Below, piece after piece: positions 49,927 through 60,558 of a stretch of DNA of 64,000 bases. The stretch's first letter is position 1, and each line of letters begins with the position of its first letter. The DNA lies in assembly GCA_963823665.1 (NCBI GenBank), contig CAWGMQ010000010.1, forward strand, positions 1,856,001 through 1,920,000. The letters are read 5' to 3'. A model generated the notes under the pieces. The model was not told the origin of the DNA, ran no database searches, and saw nothing but the letters and a program-made list of their open reading frames with translations. Source of the DNA: an uncultured Planctomycetota bacterium (GTDB taxonomy: Bacteria; Planctomycetota; Planctomycetia; Isosphaerales; Isosphaeraceae). The translations under genes and the position numbers were made by a program.

Positions 49927-50961
49927 ATGAAACTCTACATTGTGATCCTTTGTTATCGAGTGCCCGATCTGACGATCGATTGTCTGCGCTCGCTCAGCAG
50001 CGAGATCGGGAAGGTACCCGGGGCAAAGGTGGGCCTTCTCGAAAACGGTTCCGGCGGCGACTGCGCGGAACGGCTCCGCCAGGCGATCCGCGAGAACGGC
50101 TGGGGATCTTGGGTTGAACTGACAACAGTCCTCGTGAACCTCGGCTTCACGGGGGGAAACAACCTGCTGATCCGCGACGCGTTCCAGTCTGCCGATCCGC
50201 CCGAGTATGTCCTCCTGCTGAATTCCGACACAATCGTCTGGGAGCACGCGCTTGATGCCCTTGTCGATTTCATGGACAGCCACCCGCGGGCGGGAACCGC
50301 CGGCAGCCGAATGCTCAACCCCGACGGCAACGTAAGGGCTTCGCCGTTCCGCTTCCCGGGCGTTCTCACCGAGTTCGATCGCGGACTGAGATTGGGGATC
50401 GTCTCGAAGCTCATGTCTCGCTGGGCCATCGAGCCGCCCAAGCCCCAGCAACCCACCAAGGTCGACTGGGTCTCCGGGGCAAGCATGATCCTCCGGCGAA
50501 CGATGCTGGAAGAAATCGGATTGCTCGATGAGGGGCTCTTCACCTACTTTGATGATGCCGATCTGGGCATCCGGACGAAGCGAGCTGGGTGGGAGACGTG
50601 GTATGTTACTCAGAGCCCCGTCGTCCATCTCGGCGGAGCCTCGACTGGCTTGACTGCGAAGGCCGTGGCGCGACGCCCGGCTTACTGGTATCAGGCCCGC
50701 CGCCGGTTCTTTTTGAAGAACTACGGCAAGATTCGCACAGCACTCGCCGATGTCGCATTCATTACCGGGTATGCGCTCTGGCGCCTCAGGCGAATCATCG
50801 AGCGCAAGGCCGTTCGGGACCCGGAGTACATGCTGCTTGACTCGATCCATCAGAGCGTTTTCTGGGCGGGATTCCGCTTGAATACGGTCGAGAACCCGGC
50901 GCTCAAGGAAGCGAACCCGTCCACGGAGTCAAGTGGCAAGTCAGTCGGCGCCTCCGCGTGA
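49927..50961 (+). CDS. Glycosyltransferase family 2
   Basis: NLGFTGGNN, LLLNSDT, DWVSGA, DEGLFTYFDDAD. Confidence 0.93.
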   Translation: MKLYIVILCYRVPDLTIDCLRSLSSEIGKVPGAKVGLLENGSGGDCAERLRQAIRENGWGSWVELTTVLVNLGFTGGNNLLIRDAFQSADPPEYVLLLNSDTIVWEHALDALVDFMDSHPRAGTAGSRMLNPDGNVRASPFRFPGVLTEFDRGLRLGIVSKLMSRWAIEPPKPQQPTKVDWVSGASMILRRTMLEEIGLLDEGLFTYFDDADLGIRTKRAGWETWYVTQSPVVHLGGASTGLTAKAVARRPAYWYQARRRFFLKNYGKIRTALADVAFITGYALWRLRRIIERKAVRDPEYMLLDSIHQSVFWAGFRLNTVENPALKEANPSTESSGKSVGASA

Positions 50962-51083
50962 CCGCGCGCTAGGGCTCAACGAGCGCGACGTTTGCGTCGG
51001 ATGGCATCAACCGTCATGGCGCCACCTCGAACTGCACCGCGCGTCGGGATCTTTCTTCTTTTGAAATTGAAAGGGGCGAGTTC

Positions 51084-51746
51084 ATGCGCATCAAGTGGTA
51101 CGGCCACGCAGCGTTTCTCGTGGAAACCCAGGGGTTGCGAGTCATTCTCGACCCTTACCGCTCTCCCGATTCAGGGGGCTATCTGCCGATTGACGAACCG
51201 GCCGATCTGGTGATTGTCAGCCACGAGGAAGATGTTTACCACAGCCATATCGGGCAGATCGTCCCGCCTTTCGAACACGTCAAAGCACTCGAAATACCCG
51301 AGGGGGGTGAGGTGAAGAGGGGCATTCGATTCGAGACGGTCCATGTCTACGAGCACGCTGATCGCAAGCCGGAGGAGAAAGTCACGATCATTCACTTTCG
51401 CTCGGAGGGCATGCACCTGGCCTTTCTGGGCGATCTAGGACATTCGCTCACCGAAGAGGAAGTCGCGCCGCTGCGAGGGGCGGAGATCGTGTTGATCCCG
51501 GCCGGAGGGCCGCCGACGATCGACTACCCTGATATTCCCCCACTCATTGCCGAGATCGGTCCTCGGCTGGTTATCCCGATGCACTTCAAGACGCGCAAGA
51601 TCAACCTCAACATCAAGCCGGTGATCAAGTTCCTCGAAGCGATGCCGGGTGAACCGGTCCTCCGGATTGGTACGAGCTCGATCGACGTCACGCTGGATAC
51701 GCTTCCGGCAACCCGGACCATCATGGTCTTGGATTACGCGAGATGA
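51084..51746 (+). CDS. Metallo-beta-lactamase-fold hydrolase
   Basis: WYGHAAF, DPY, SHEEDVYH, GDLGH, IPMHF. Confidence 0.88.
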   Translation: MRIKWYGHAAFLVETQGLRVILDPYRSPDSGGYLPIDEPADLVIVSHEEDVYHSHIGQIVPPFEHVKALEIPEGGEVKRGIRFETVHVYEHADRKPEEKVTIIHFRSEGMHLAFLGDLGHSLTEEEVAPLRGAEIVLIPAGGPPTIDYPDIPPLIAEIGPRLVIPMHFKTRKINLNIKPVIKFLEAMPGEPVLRIGTSSIDVTLDTLPATRTIMVLDYAR

Positions 51747-51866
51747 ACCAGTCGATCCGCCGAGGCACGCGTTCGCTGCGCGAGCTTTGCGCGAAGTTCG
51801 TGTGGCGTGTAAGATTTGCCGGATGTCTGCTTTTCGCGGGGTTGGCTGCGCGGGTGCGACGGCCGG

Positions 51867-52586
51867 TCAGTCTTCCTCCACGTAGCGCCATTTCTCGGTG
51901 AGTTTCCGCTTATAGGACAGTGCGTAGTACGCGTAATAGCCCGGGGGCCTTCGTCCGCTCCGCTCGAAGCCGGAATGGCCGCCTTGACTGGGATCCGTGA
52001 TCAAGCGGATGCCGCCCGTGAAGACGTTGACATCCGAGCCGACGATTCGGAAGGCACCCGCCCACTCGGGATCTGTGACGGGATTGCCGCGGCCAACTCG
52101 GTCTGCGAGTCGGTCGAGGGCTGGTTGCGAGGCCAGGAACGCGAGCTGAAAGGGCCACTGGCAAACCAGCATCGTGAGTGGGGCGAGCGTAAGGACCAAG
52201 TTGATCGTCCGCCGCAAAACGCGCGATCGTAAGGAGATCAAGGGTGCGCGATCGGGTGGCCTGGACCAAACTGCGCCGAAGCCGAACGTCAATGGCATGC
52301 CGAGGGCGCACGCGCACATCGAGATCAGAACCCCGACAAGCCAAGAAGAACAGATTGGTGCAACGAAGCAAGTTGTGTTTGTGACGATGGCCGCGGTGGC
52401 GAACCCGAGGGCCGAGACTCGGCGAAATGGGCGGGCGGCGAGCCAGAGGCCGCGCGTAAGCGCGAAGCACGATGCCAGCAGACCGCAGCCGAGCACCTGG
52501 GAAAACGCGGCCTGAGAGCGCGTCGCGAAGAGCACCACCGCGGCTGCGGCGATCATCAGCATGATTGTCCGGAGCTTGAATCGCAT
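51867..52586 (-). CDS. Multi-pass membrane protein, RFKLRTIM N-terminus, copy 1
   Basis: Tandem paralogue of 52727-53443; shared WPF.LAFLASQP...KWRYVEED. Confidence 0.85.
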   Translation of the reverse strand: MRFKLRTIMLMIAAAAVVLFATRSQAAFSQVLGCGLLASCFALTRGLWLAARPFRRVSALGFATAAIVTNTTCFVAPICSSWLVGVLISMCACALGMPLTFGFGAVWSRPPDRAPLISLRSRVLRRTINLVLTLAPLTMLVCQWPFQLAFLASQPALDRLADRVGRGNPVTDPEWAGAFRIVGSDVNVFTGGIRLITDPSQGGHSGFERSGRRPPGYYAYYALSYKRKLTEKWRYVEED

Positions 52587-52726
52587 GGTCGATGCCTATG
52601 AGTCCTCCAGCGTAGCAGTTCTGCGCTGTGCGCGCAGCTCGGGTCGCGGGACGGAGCCGGCTCCAACAGGCGTCGGCGCGTCGTCGGCGTCTTTTGCGGG
52701 GTTTGCTGTGCGGGTGCGCCGGCTGG

Positions 52727-53443
52727 TCAGTCTTCCTCCACGTACCGCCATTTCCCGGTGAGTTTCAGATCATAGGAAAGATTGTAAAACGGGCCGTTGC
52801 CTGGAGGTGCTGGTCCGCGCCGTTCGAAGCCGGATCGGCCGCTGGCGTTGGGGTCCGTGATCAAGCCGACGGCGCCCGTCACTGTGTTCCGATCTGATCC
52901 AACGATTCGGAACACGCCCGCCCATTCGGGGGTCGTGACGGGATTCCCGGCGCCGACTCGGTCGGCGAGGCGCTCGAGCGAGGGTTGCGATGCCAGGAAC
53001 GCGAGCCGGAAGGGCCACGGGGTGAGTAGCATAGTGATCGGGGCGAGCGACAGCGCGAGTGTGGTCGCCCATCGGAGAACGGCCTGACAGGTGATGGCCC
53101 GCGTGCGGCCGGGCGGAGTCGACCAAGCCGCGCCGAATCCGAATGTGATAGGCATTGCGAAAACACACAGTAACACGAGGATTGCGATACGCGGGAACAA
53201 CGAAAAAGCGACAGAGGAAACGAGCGCTGTCGCGTTCATCGAGCTGGCTGCGACGGCGAACCCCAAGGCAGAAACGCGCTGAAACGGGCGGGCGGATTGC
53301 CAGAGTCCGCGAGCCATGGCGAGGCACGATGTCAGCAGGCCGCCGACGATCAGGACGGCAAACAGGGTTTCGTCGCGCATCGCGAGAAGCAGGAGAGCGG
53401 CTGCCGCGATCACGAGCATGATCGTCCGAATCTTGAATCTCAT
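52727..53443 (-). CDS. Multi-pass membrane protein, RFKIRTIM N-terminus, copy 2
   Basis: Tandem paralogue of 51867-52586. Confidence 0.85.
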   Translation of the reverse strand: MRFKIRTIMLVIAAAALLLLAMRDETLFAVLIVGGLLTSCLAMARGLWQSARPFQRVSALGFAVAASSMNATALVSSVAFSLFPRIAILVLLCVFAMPITFGFGAAWSTPPGRTRAITCQAVLRWATTLALSLAPITMLLTPWPFRLAFLASQPSLERLADRVGAGNPVTTPEWAGVFRIVGSDRNTVTGAVGLITDPNASGRSGFERRGPAPPGNGPFYNLSYDLKLTGKWRYVEED

Positions 53444-53723
53444 GGGCGAGACCTAAAAGGCCTCCGCGGTAGGATCTCTGCGCCTTGCGCGTGTCTCGGG
53501 TGGACGGACGGAGCCGGCGCCAACCGGCTTGGGTGCGGCGCAGGACTTTCTGTTGGATGGGGCCCGGTCGCCCGATTTTCGCGGTTGCGGCTCGGCCGCG
53601 GTAGGCAGTGGATCTGACAGTCTGAGCGTAAACGTCCGTTCAGAATGCGCTTGCCAGAATCGGAACGGTTAGGGAAAATCGACGCCGAATGACCCGATCG
53701 TGGCCTGAAGGGCAATCGGCGAT

Positions 53724-56700
53724 ATGGACGACGGTTCGGTGGCACCGACTGAGCTCGACATGTTTCACCCGGCGGTGGCGTCGTGGTTCTCCGAACGCTT
53801 CGGTGAGCCGACGCTCGCACAGCGACTGGGTTGGCCGGCGATCGCGTCGGGTCAGAATGCCCTGATCGTGGCGCCGACGGGATCGGGCAAGACGCTGGCG
53901 GCGTTTCTGGCGGCGCTCGATCACCTCTGGAGGAATCCGCGGCCCAAGCCGGGTGTTCGCATCCTTTATGTCTCACCGCTGAAGGCTCTGAACGAAGATA
54001 TCTGGAAGAACCTCCAGGTTCCCCTCGAGGAGATTCAAGCACGTTCTCGAGACATGGGCAATCCGCTGCCGGTGTTGCGGGTGGCGGTGCGAAGCGGTGA
54101 CACGCCGAGTCACGAACGCGCGGCGATCGTGCGCAAGCCGCCCGACATCTTGATCACGACGCCGGAATCGCTGCATCTGATGCTGACGAGCCGGGCGCGG
54201 GAGATCCTGCGCGGAGTCTCGCACGTGATCGTCGACGAGATTCACGCGGTTTGCCCCAACAAGCGGGGAGTATTTCTGGCGCTTCTCCTCGAACGGCTCG
54301 AAGCCATCAATCCGCAGGGCTTCGTCCGGATCGGGCTTTCGGCCACGCAGCGGCCGCTCGAGGAAGTCGCTCGGTATCTGGGAGGAATCTCTCGCGGTGG
54401 CGGCCAAGCGGGGGAGCAGGCGCCGGGGTTTCGGCCGGTCACGATCGTCGATACGGGCTTCCGGCGCGACCTCGACCTGGAGGTACTCTGGCCGCGGACC
54501 CTGGGGCGCAAGGTCGTCGCGGGCACGATCTGGCCGGAGATTGAAGACCGACTGCTGGCGCTCGTCGGCGCGCACCGGTCGACGATCATCTTCGCCAACA
54601 ATCGGCGGACGGTAGAAAAGTTGACGGCGCGGCTGAATGTGCTGGCGGATCCGACTTGTGACGATGAAGCCGAGGTGCAAGGTGTGCCGCCCGGTGAGGA
54701 CACCGTTGCTGGCTCGCGACGGTTTCGCGCGCATCATGGAAGCATCAGCCTGCCAGAGCGACGGGCGACAGAAGAGGCGCTCAAAGCGGGTGAGGTGCCG
54801 GCGGTGGTGGCGACGGCCTCGCTCGAGCTTGGCATCGACATGGGGGCGGTCGATCTGGTGTGTCAAATCGAGTCGCCGGGGAGTGTTGCTCGCGGATTGC
54901 AGCGAGTGGGGCGAGCCGGCCATGTGGTGCGGGGGGTGAGCAAGGGGCGATTGATCGCCAAGACGCCGGGCGATTTGCTGGAATCCGCGGCGCTCTGCCG
55001 CGCGATGCTCGAGGGCGAGATCGAGCGGCTCACGGTGCCCCAGAACTGCCTCGATGTGCTGGCGCAGCAAGTTATCGCTTGTGTGGCGATGGAGCCCTGG
55101 GACGTTCCGGCGCTGTTCGACCTGGTCCGATCGGCCTATCCGTTCCACGGGCTCTCGGCCGAGTCGTTCGAGAGCGTGCTGCGGCTGATCTCCGGGCGAT
55201 ATCCGACCCCGGAGCTGCGCGATCTGCGCGCAGAGTGGTGTGGGACCGGATCCACAACCGGCTTTCCTCGCTGCCGGGCACCGCGCAGCTTGCGCTTGTG
55301 GGAGGCGGGACGATTCCCGACACGGGCCAGTATCCGGTTCATCTCGGGGCAGGGGGGCCGCGGCTGGGCGAGCTGGACGAGGAGTTCGTTTACGAGCGGC
55401 GCGTCGGTGAGACATTCTCCCTGGGCAACGCGAGCTGGCGAATCGAGCAGATCGAGCCCCATCGCGTGGTGGTGTCGCGCGCGGCCGGGCACACGGCGGT
55501 GATGCCGTTCTGGCGGGGGGAGAGTGCGGCACGCTCGAGCGAGCTCGGCGAAGCGATCGGGAGGCTCTGCCGCGAGTTCTCCGAAGGGCTGGACGACCCG
55601 CAATCGCTCGGCCGGCTCGAAGCGGAGTGCCGGCTGGCACCGCAGGCGGCCCGGGCGCTGCGCGAGTACCTGGCCCGGCAGAGGCGGCTGGCCGGCGCGG
55701 TGCCGGATGATCGGACGGTACTGGTCGAGACGTTCGTCGACCCCGCGGGCGAACAGAGCCTGGCTGTGCTCTCTCCCTTCGGCGGGAGGCTTCATCACGC
55801 GCTCAAGCTCGCTCTTTCGGGTATGATTCGCCGGCGGCTGGGCTTTTCGCCCGCGTGTCTGCATTCCAACGACGGACTGTTGTTTCGCCTGCCAAACATG
55901 GACGAGCCGCCCTTGGACCTGTTCGACGAGTTGACACCGGAATATGCCGAGCGGTTGATTCGTGAAGAACTTCCGGAGACGGCGCTCTTCGGGCTGCGGT
56001 TTCGCCAGAACGCCGCCCGATCCCTTCTTTTGCCGCGCCCGAACCCGGCCAAACGTACGCCGCTCTGGCTTCAAAGGCTGAGGGCCAAGGACTTGCTGCA
56101 GATCGCCAGGGGAATCCCTGACTTTCCGATCGTTCTTGAAACGGTTCGCGAATGCCTGGACGACGATCTCGATGTTCCAAGGCTGCGGCGCTTGCTGGGG
56201 GCAATTCAATCGGGTGACGTTCGGGTCCAGACGCGGCGCGGCGAGATTCCATCGCCGTTTGCGTCCGAATTGATCTTCGAGTTCACCGCGGCGCACCTCT
56301 ATGAGTGGGATGAGCCGAAGCGGGGCGACCTTCCGCCGGCGGGATCGGTGTTCAACGACCAGATGCTCGAACCGCTGCTGCGCGGGGGTGCTCCTCCTGA
56401 TTGGCTCGATCCCCAGGCCGTGGGTAGGGTGGAGAACCGGTTGCGGCATCATGGATTTCCTCCGCGCAGCGTCGAAGAGATGGCTGAACGACTGAGGCTG
56501 CTGGGTGACATCACAGATTCCGAGCTGTGCGGGCCGATGGCGGCGTTCCTGGCCGATCTGGAGCAATCGGACCAGGCCGTGCGGATCGAGCTTGCCCTAA
56601 CGCGAGAGCCGGAGCGATGGATTCTCGCCGAGGAGGCCGGCCGCTACGGTGCGGCCTTCCCGGGGACATCGAGCGGTGACCACGAAGCGCGGGCGGCGAT

Positions 56701-58252
56701 CGTCCGCCGGTTCCTGCAGACCCATGCGCTGGTTGCGCTGGTCGATCTGAGCGCTCGCTACCCGATCGATCCGGTTGAAGCGGCCGAGCTTCTGGAGCAC
56801 TGGTGCGACCAGGGCGAGGTTGTGCGGATTGGCGAAGGCACACCGGCGGGCCAGTCGCAGTGGGCCGAGCGCGCGAACCTGACCGAGATGCGCCGAGCGA
56901 CAGTGGCGGTTCGCCGCCGTGAGAGTATTGCGGTGTTGCCCGAGGTTTTCGCCGATTGCCTGCTGCGGCGGCAGCACGTTCATCCGGCATCGCGCCGCGA
57001 GGGATCAAGTGGGGTCGAAATTGTCCTCGAACAACTGCAAGGCTACGCGGCACCAGCGTTTCTCTGGGAAACTGAGCTTTTGCCGAGCCGTGTGAAGGAC
57101 TACCGTCCCGCATTGCTGGATGAAGTCCTCTCGCGAGGAAACTGGTTCTGGCGGGCGGAAGGTGCCCTCGCGGAGGAGACGCGGGTCGCGTTTTACTCGC
57201 GTGCGTTCCCGGCTCTTTCGCCACTGTCGGCGCCCGCTCTTGAACTGGCGGCGCCGGAGAGGCTGATTTTGGATTTGCTGGACCGGCACGGGGCGAGCTT
57301 CGCCGTCGACCTGGCGAGGCTCTCGGGTCTCGGGCCGTCCCAGACTCGGGGAGCGCTCCGAGGTCTCTTGCGGCACGGGCTGGTGACCAACGACCGATTC
57401 GACCCGGTCCGCGGCGGGTCCGACGCAACTCTGGACGCGTTATCGGAGGCACGCGCGGGACGGCATTCGAGACTCGGCAGAAGTGCGCGGGTGGGGCGCC
57501 GGGCGGCGTCTGCTGTGCCCGAGGGTCGTTGGTGGCGTCTCAACGGCCAGGAGACCAGTGCCGTTGCCGTGCTCCAGTGGTGGGTGGAGGTGCTTATCGA
57601 TCGATACGGCGTGCTGGCACGCGAAGTGGTCGCGCTCGAGCCGTCGGCCCCGTCGTGGGGGAGCTGCGCGCCGATTCTTGCGAAAGCGGAGTGGCGGGGA
57701 GAGATACGCCGGGGCTACTTCGTAGAAGGTCTTTCCGGGCTACAATATGCCTCGGCGCAAGCTGCTTCTGAGCTCGCTCACGCAGGCGCCCGGAGCGGGG
57801 TTGCGGACACGCCCCGGAACGGCTCTGCGGGGATCGCTGCAGCGTCGCCGTCGGCATCGCTCGCTGTGGTCTGTGCCGCCGATCCCGCCAACATTTACGG
57901 GTCGGGTGCACCGCTGGATATTGAGCTTCTTGAAGGCGGCGTTGCGCGGCTGCCTCGTAGCGGCGGGAACTACCTGGTGGTGCGCGACGGCCGGCCGGTG
58001 TTGATTGTCGAAGCGCAGGGCAAGCGACTGACCGGGCTTCCCTGGTCCGAGCGTGCTGATATCGATCGGGCGCTCGAGCTCTTGCCAGCCGTTCTGGGAA
58101 AGAGCCGAAAGATCCTGAAGATTGAGACATATAATGGCCGGCCTGTCGCCGACAGCCCCGTCGCAGGCCGGCTCGGTGAGATTGGATTTGTTCGCGACTA
58201 TCCAGGAATGACATTCTACGTGGGGTGGCCCGTGGCACCGCTGCGGGCATGA
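53724..58252 (+). CDS. lhr: Lhr family DEAD/DEAH helicase (long form); frameshift near 55230
   Basis: APTGSGKT, VSPLKAL, TTPESL, DEIH, SAT, HHGS, LELGID, QRVGRAGH; then GGTIPD, LDEEFVYE, RRGYFVEGL. Confidence 0.93.
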
Positions 58253-58334
58253 ACGGGCGACGAGTGTTGCGGCCTGGAGATCTTCTTGCGTAATTCTTGT
58301 TCCGTTCCATCAGTACGTCCAGAGGAGCCAGAGC

Positions 58335-59168
58335 ATGGAAAGCTTGAAACCGGAACGGTCCCAGAGGGCTCCCCACTACGACTGCCTGGTCATCAGTGAC
58401 CTGCATCTGGGAAGCGACGTCTGTCAGGCCAAGTTGCTCGAAGAGTTCCTGATCTGGGCGGTCGAGCACTGCGACCAGATTGTCATCAACGGCGACATTT
58501 TCGACGACCTGAACTTCAAGAGATTGACGAAGCGCCATTTCGCGTGCCTGAAGGTGATTCGTCGCAACACGGATCGACCCGATTTTCGCCTGGTCTGGGT
58601 GCGCGGCAATCATGACGGGCCGATCGACATCATCAGCCATGTAGTCGGCGTGGATATTCTGGATGAGTATGTCTACGACAATCATCGGATCCGGCTCCTG
58701 ATCCTGCACGGAGACCAGTTCGACACGTTCATCACGGCGAATCCGGTTTTGACGGGATTCGCCTGCGGGTTGTTTTATTTCATCCAGAAGTGGATGCCGC
58801 ACCGGGCAGCGCGGTACATTCGGCGAATCACGAAAAAGTGGCAGAGGAACAGCGAGCTGATCGAGCACCGAGCGGTCGAGTATGCCCGAACACGGGGCTT
58901 TCGATTCGTGACATGTGGCCATACCCACCTTCCACTGGTTGCAGAACACGGCGACGTGACGTACGTGAACAGCGGCACCTGGACCGACTTCCCGCCTTGT
59001 CCGTACGTGGTCGTGCAGGGGGACGAAGTGCGACTGGAGTACTGGCCGGCGGAGCGGGAAGGGTTGACGACCGGGAAAGAGCTCGCGGGAAGTTCTCGAA
59101 CCGGTCCGGACCAATCAATCGAGCTCGGCGCCCATAGAGCGGGTGCAGAAAAGTCGGAATCCTGGTAG
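58335..59168 (+). CDS. LpxH-like metallophosphoesterase (UDP-2,3-diacylglucosamine diphosphatase family)
   Basis: SDLHLG, GDIFD, GNHD, HGDQFD, GHTH, NSGTW. Confidence 0.9.
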   Translation: MESLKPERSQRAPHYDCLVISDLHLGSDVCQAKLLEEFLIWAVEHCDQIVINGDIFDDLNFKRLTKRHFACLKVIRRNTDRPDFRLVWVRGNHDGPIDIISHVVGVDILDEYVYDNHRIRLLILHGDQFDTFITANPVLTGFACGLFYFIQKWMPHRAARYIRRITKKWQRNSELIEHRAVEYARTRGFRFVTCGHTHLPLVAEHGDVTYVNSGTWTDFPPCPYVVVQGDEVRLEYWPAEREGLTTGKELAGSSRTGPDQSIELGAHRAGAEKSESW

Positions 59169-59205
59169 GATATCTGCCAGTCCTGACTTCCAAGGGGATC
59201 TCGCG

Positions 59206-60502
59206 ATGAATGACGCCGATCGACCTGCTCAAGTTTCACTGGAATCCGACCGGCTGGAACAGTTGCTCGAGGTGCCTGCGCCGGCTCAACCGGTTGTGAT
59301 GATCGAGTATCGCAACCGCGGGGTTCCATGGTGGTTGCTGGTGACCTTGGTCGTGCTCGTCCCGCTGGTTGCGGTGATCGCCTACCAGCAACTGGTCGTC
59401 CAGACATATCAGGCACAGGCCGCGAATGCCCGGTATCTCACCGAAAAACTGAAAGCCGAGCGAGCCGTTGACGAACAACCGAAAGCAGAGCCACCACCAG
59501 TCGCGCCCGCCGCCGCAAGCGCGGCTCCAGCCATGATCTCTGCCGAGGCGGCACCAGCACCCGCCGCGGCCCAGCCGCCTGCTTCGCCAGCGGCCTCTCC
59601 CGACCTGAAGCCGCAGCCGGCCCGGTCCGACGGAGCGGGTGAGCCGACTCTCGCCGGCGTTGGTCAGCTGGCGGAGCCGCGTGTGCGGTCGGTCTTCCCG
59701 ATCCCGCTCGAGGCCGCAGCGGCTGCCCCAGCTCCGAAGGGTGCAGCCGCCGGCTCGATCAGCCCCTCGACCGGATCGCCGGCGGGCGCGCAGCGTGATG
59801 ATTCGGTGAAAACACACGTCGCCGGGCCGGAGCAAGCGCGCCGTGCCGCCGACCCCCCGTCGGAGAACGGCCCCGCAGGCGATCGTGACCGGGCGGCGCT
59901 CGCATCCGGTGCCGGGGCGAGACTCGGTCGAACCGGCAGGTCACCCGGAACCGGCTCCACGGAATGACCCTCTTCCGACGGCAGAAGAAATGCGGACCCA
60001 GCTCGCCGAGGAAGCCGCCAGGAAGAATGCGGATGAAGCCGAGGCGGCTCTTCTTCTCAACGATCGGATGCGTGTGCGTCGCTACGAGGATCGCATGCGA
60101 TTTCACGACGATCTGCGCCAGATCCTGGCGCGGGACCTGAAGAATGCGGGAACGGAGATTGATGAATTGTCCAAGCGCCAGCGCGGCGACAGCGATCCAC
60201 GAACGCGCGCCAAGGCGCGAGTTATCTGGCGTGACAAGCGCTCGCCGTTGGCCACGCGTGTCAGTCAAATTCGATCGATGAATATTTCTGAATCCGACAT
60301 CCTCGATCTCATGTCGGACAACCTCTATGCTCGGATGCACGCGCCCGGCGGGCCGCGAGACAGCAATGAAGTGCGCGTGCGAGCGGCGCGGCTGCTCCTG
60401 AGTTGTGAGCTTTCGGGCGCGAACAGCGCCCCGGAAGCGGGCTCCGCTCCGGGAAGTGCACCGAAGCGGCGTCGGACGACCGGCACGGATTCCCCTCCAT
60501 GA
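59206..60502 (+). CDS. Single-pass membrane hypothetical protein with Pro/Ala linker; frameshift near 59915
   Basis: TM segment GVPWWLLVTLVVLVPLVAVIAY; the helical C-domain is in ORF 59843..60502. Confidence 0.7.
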
Positions 60503-60558
60503 ACTGGCGGTTTGACGCCGGTCAGCGTTTCATCTTTCCCAAAGAGCAGGGTAGGCTC

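Noticed and set aside
53973..59114. Long antisense ORFs (e.g. 53973..55640, 55136..56566, 57594..59114, and similar ones elsewhere)
   Set aside because: These are shadow ORFs opposite well-supported genes, expected at high GC.
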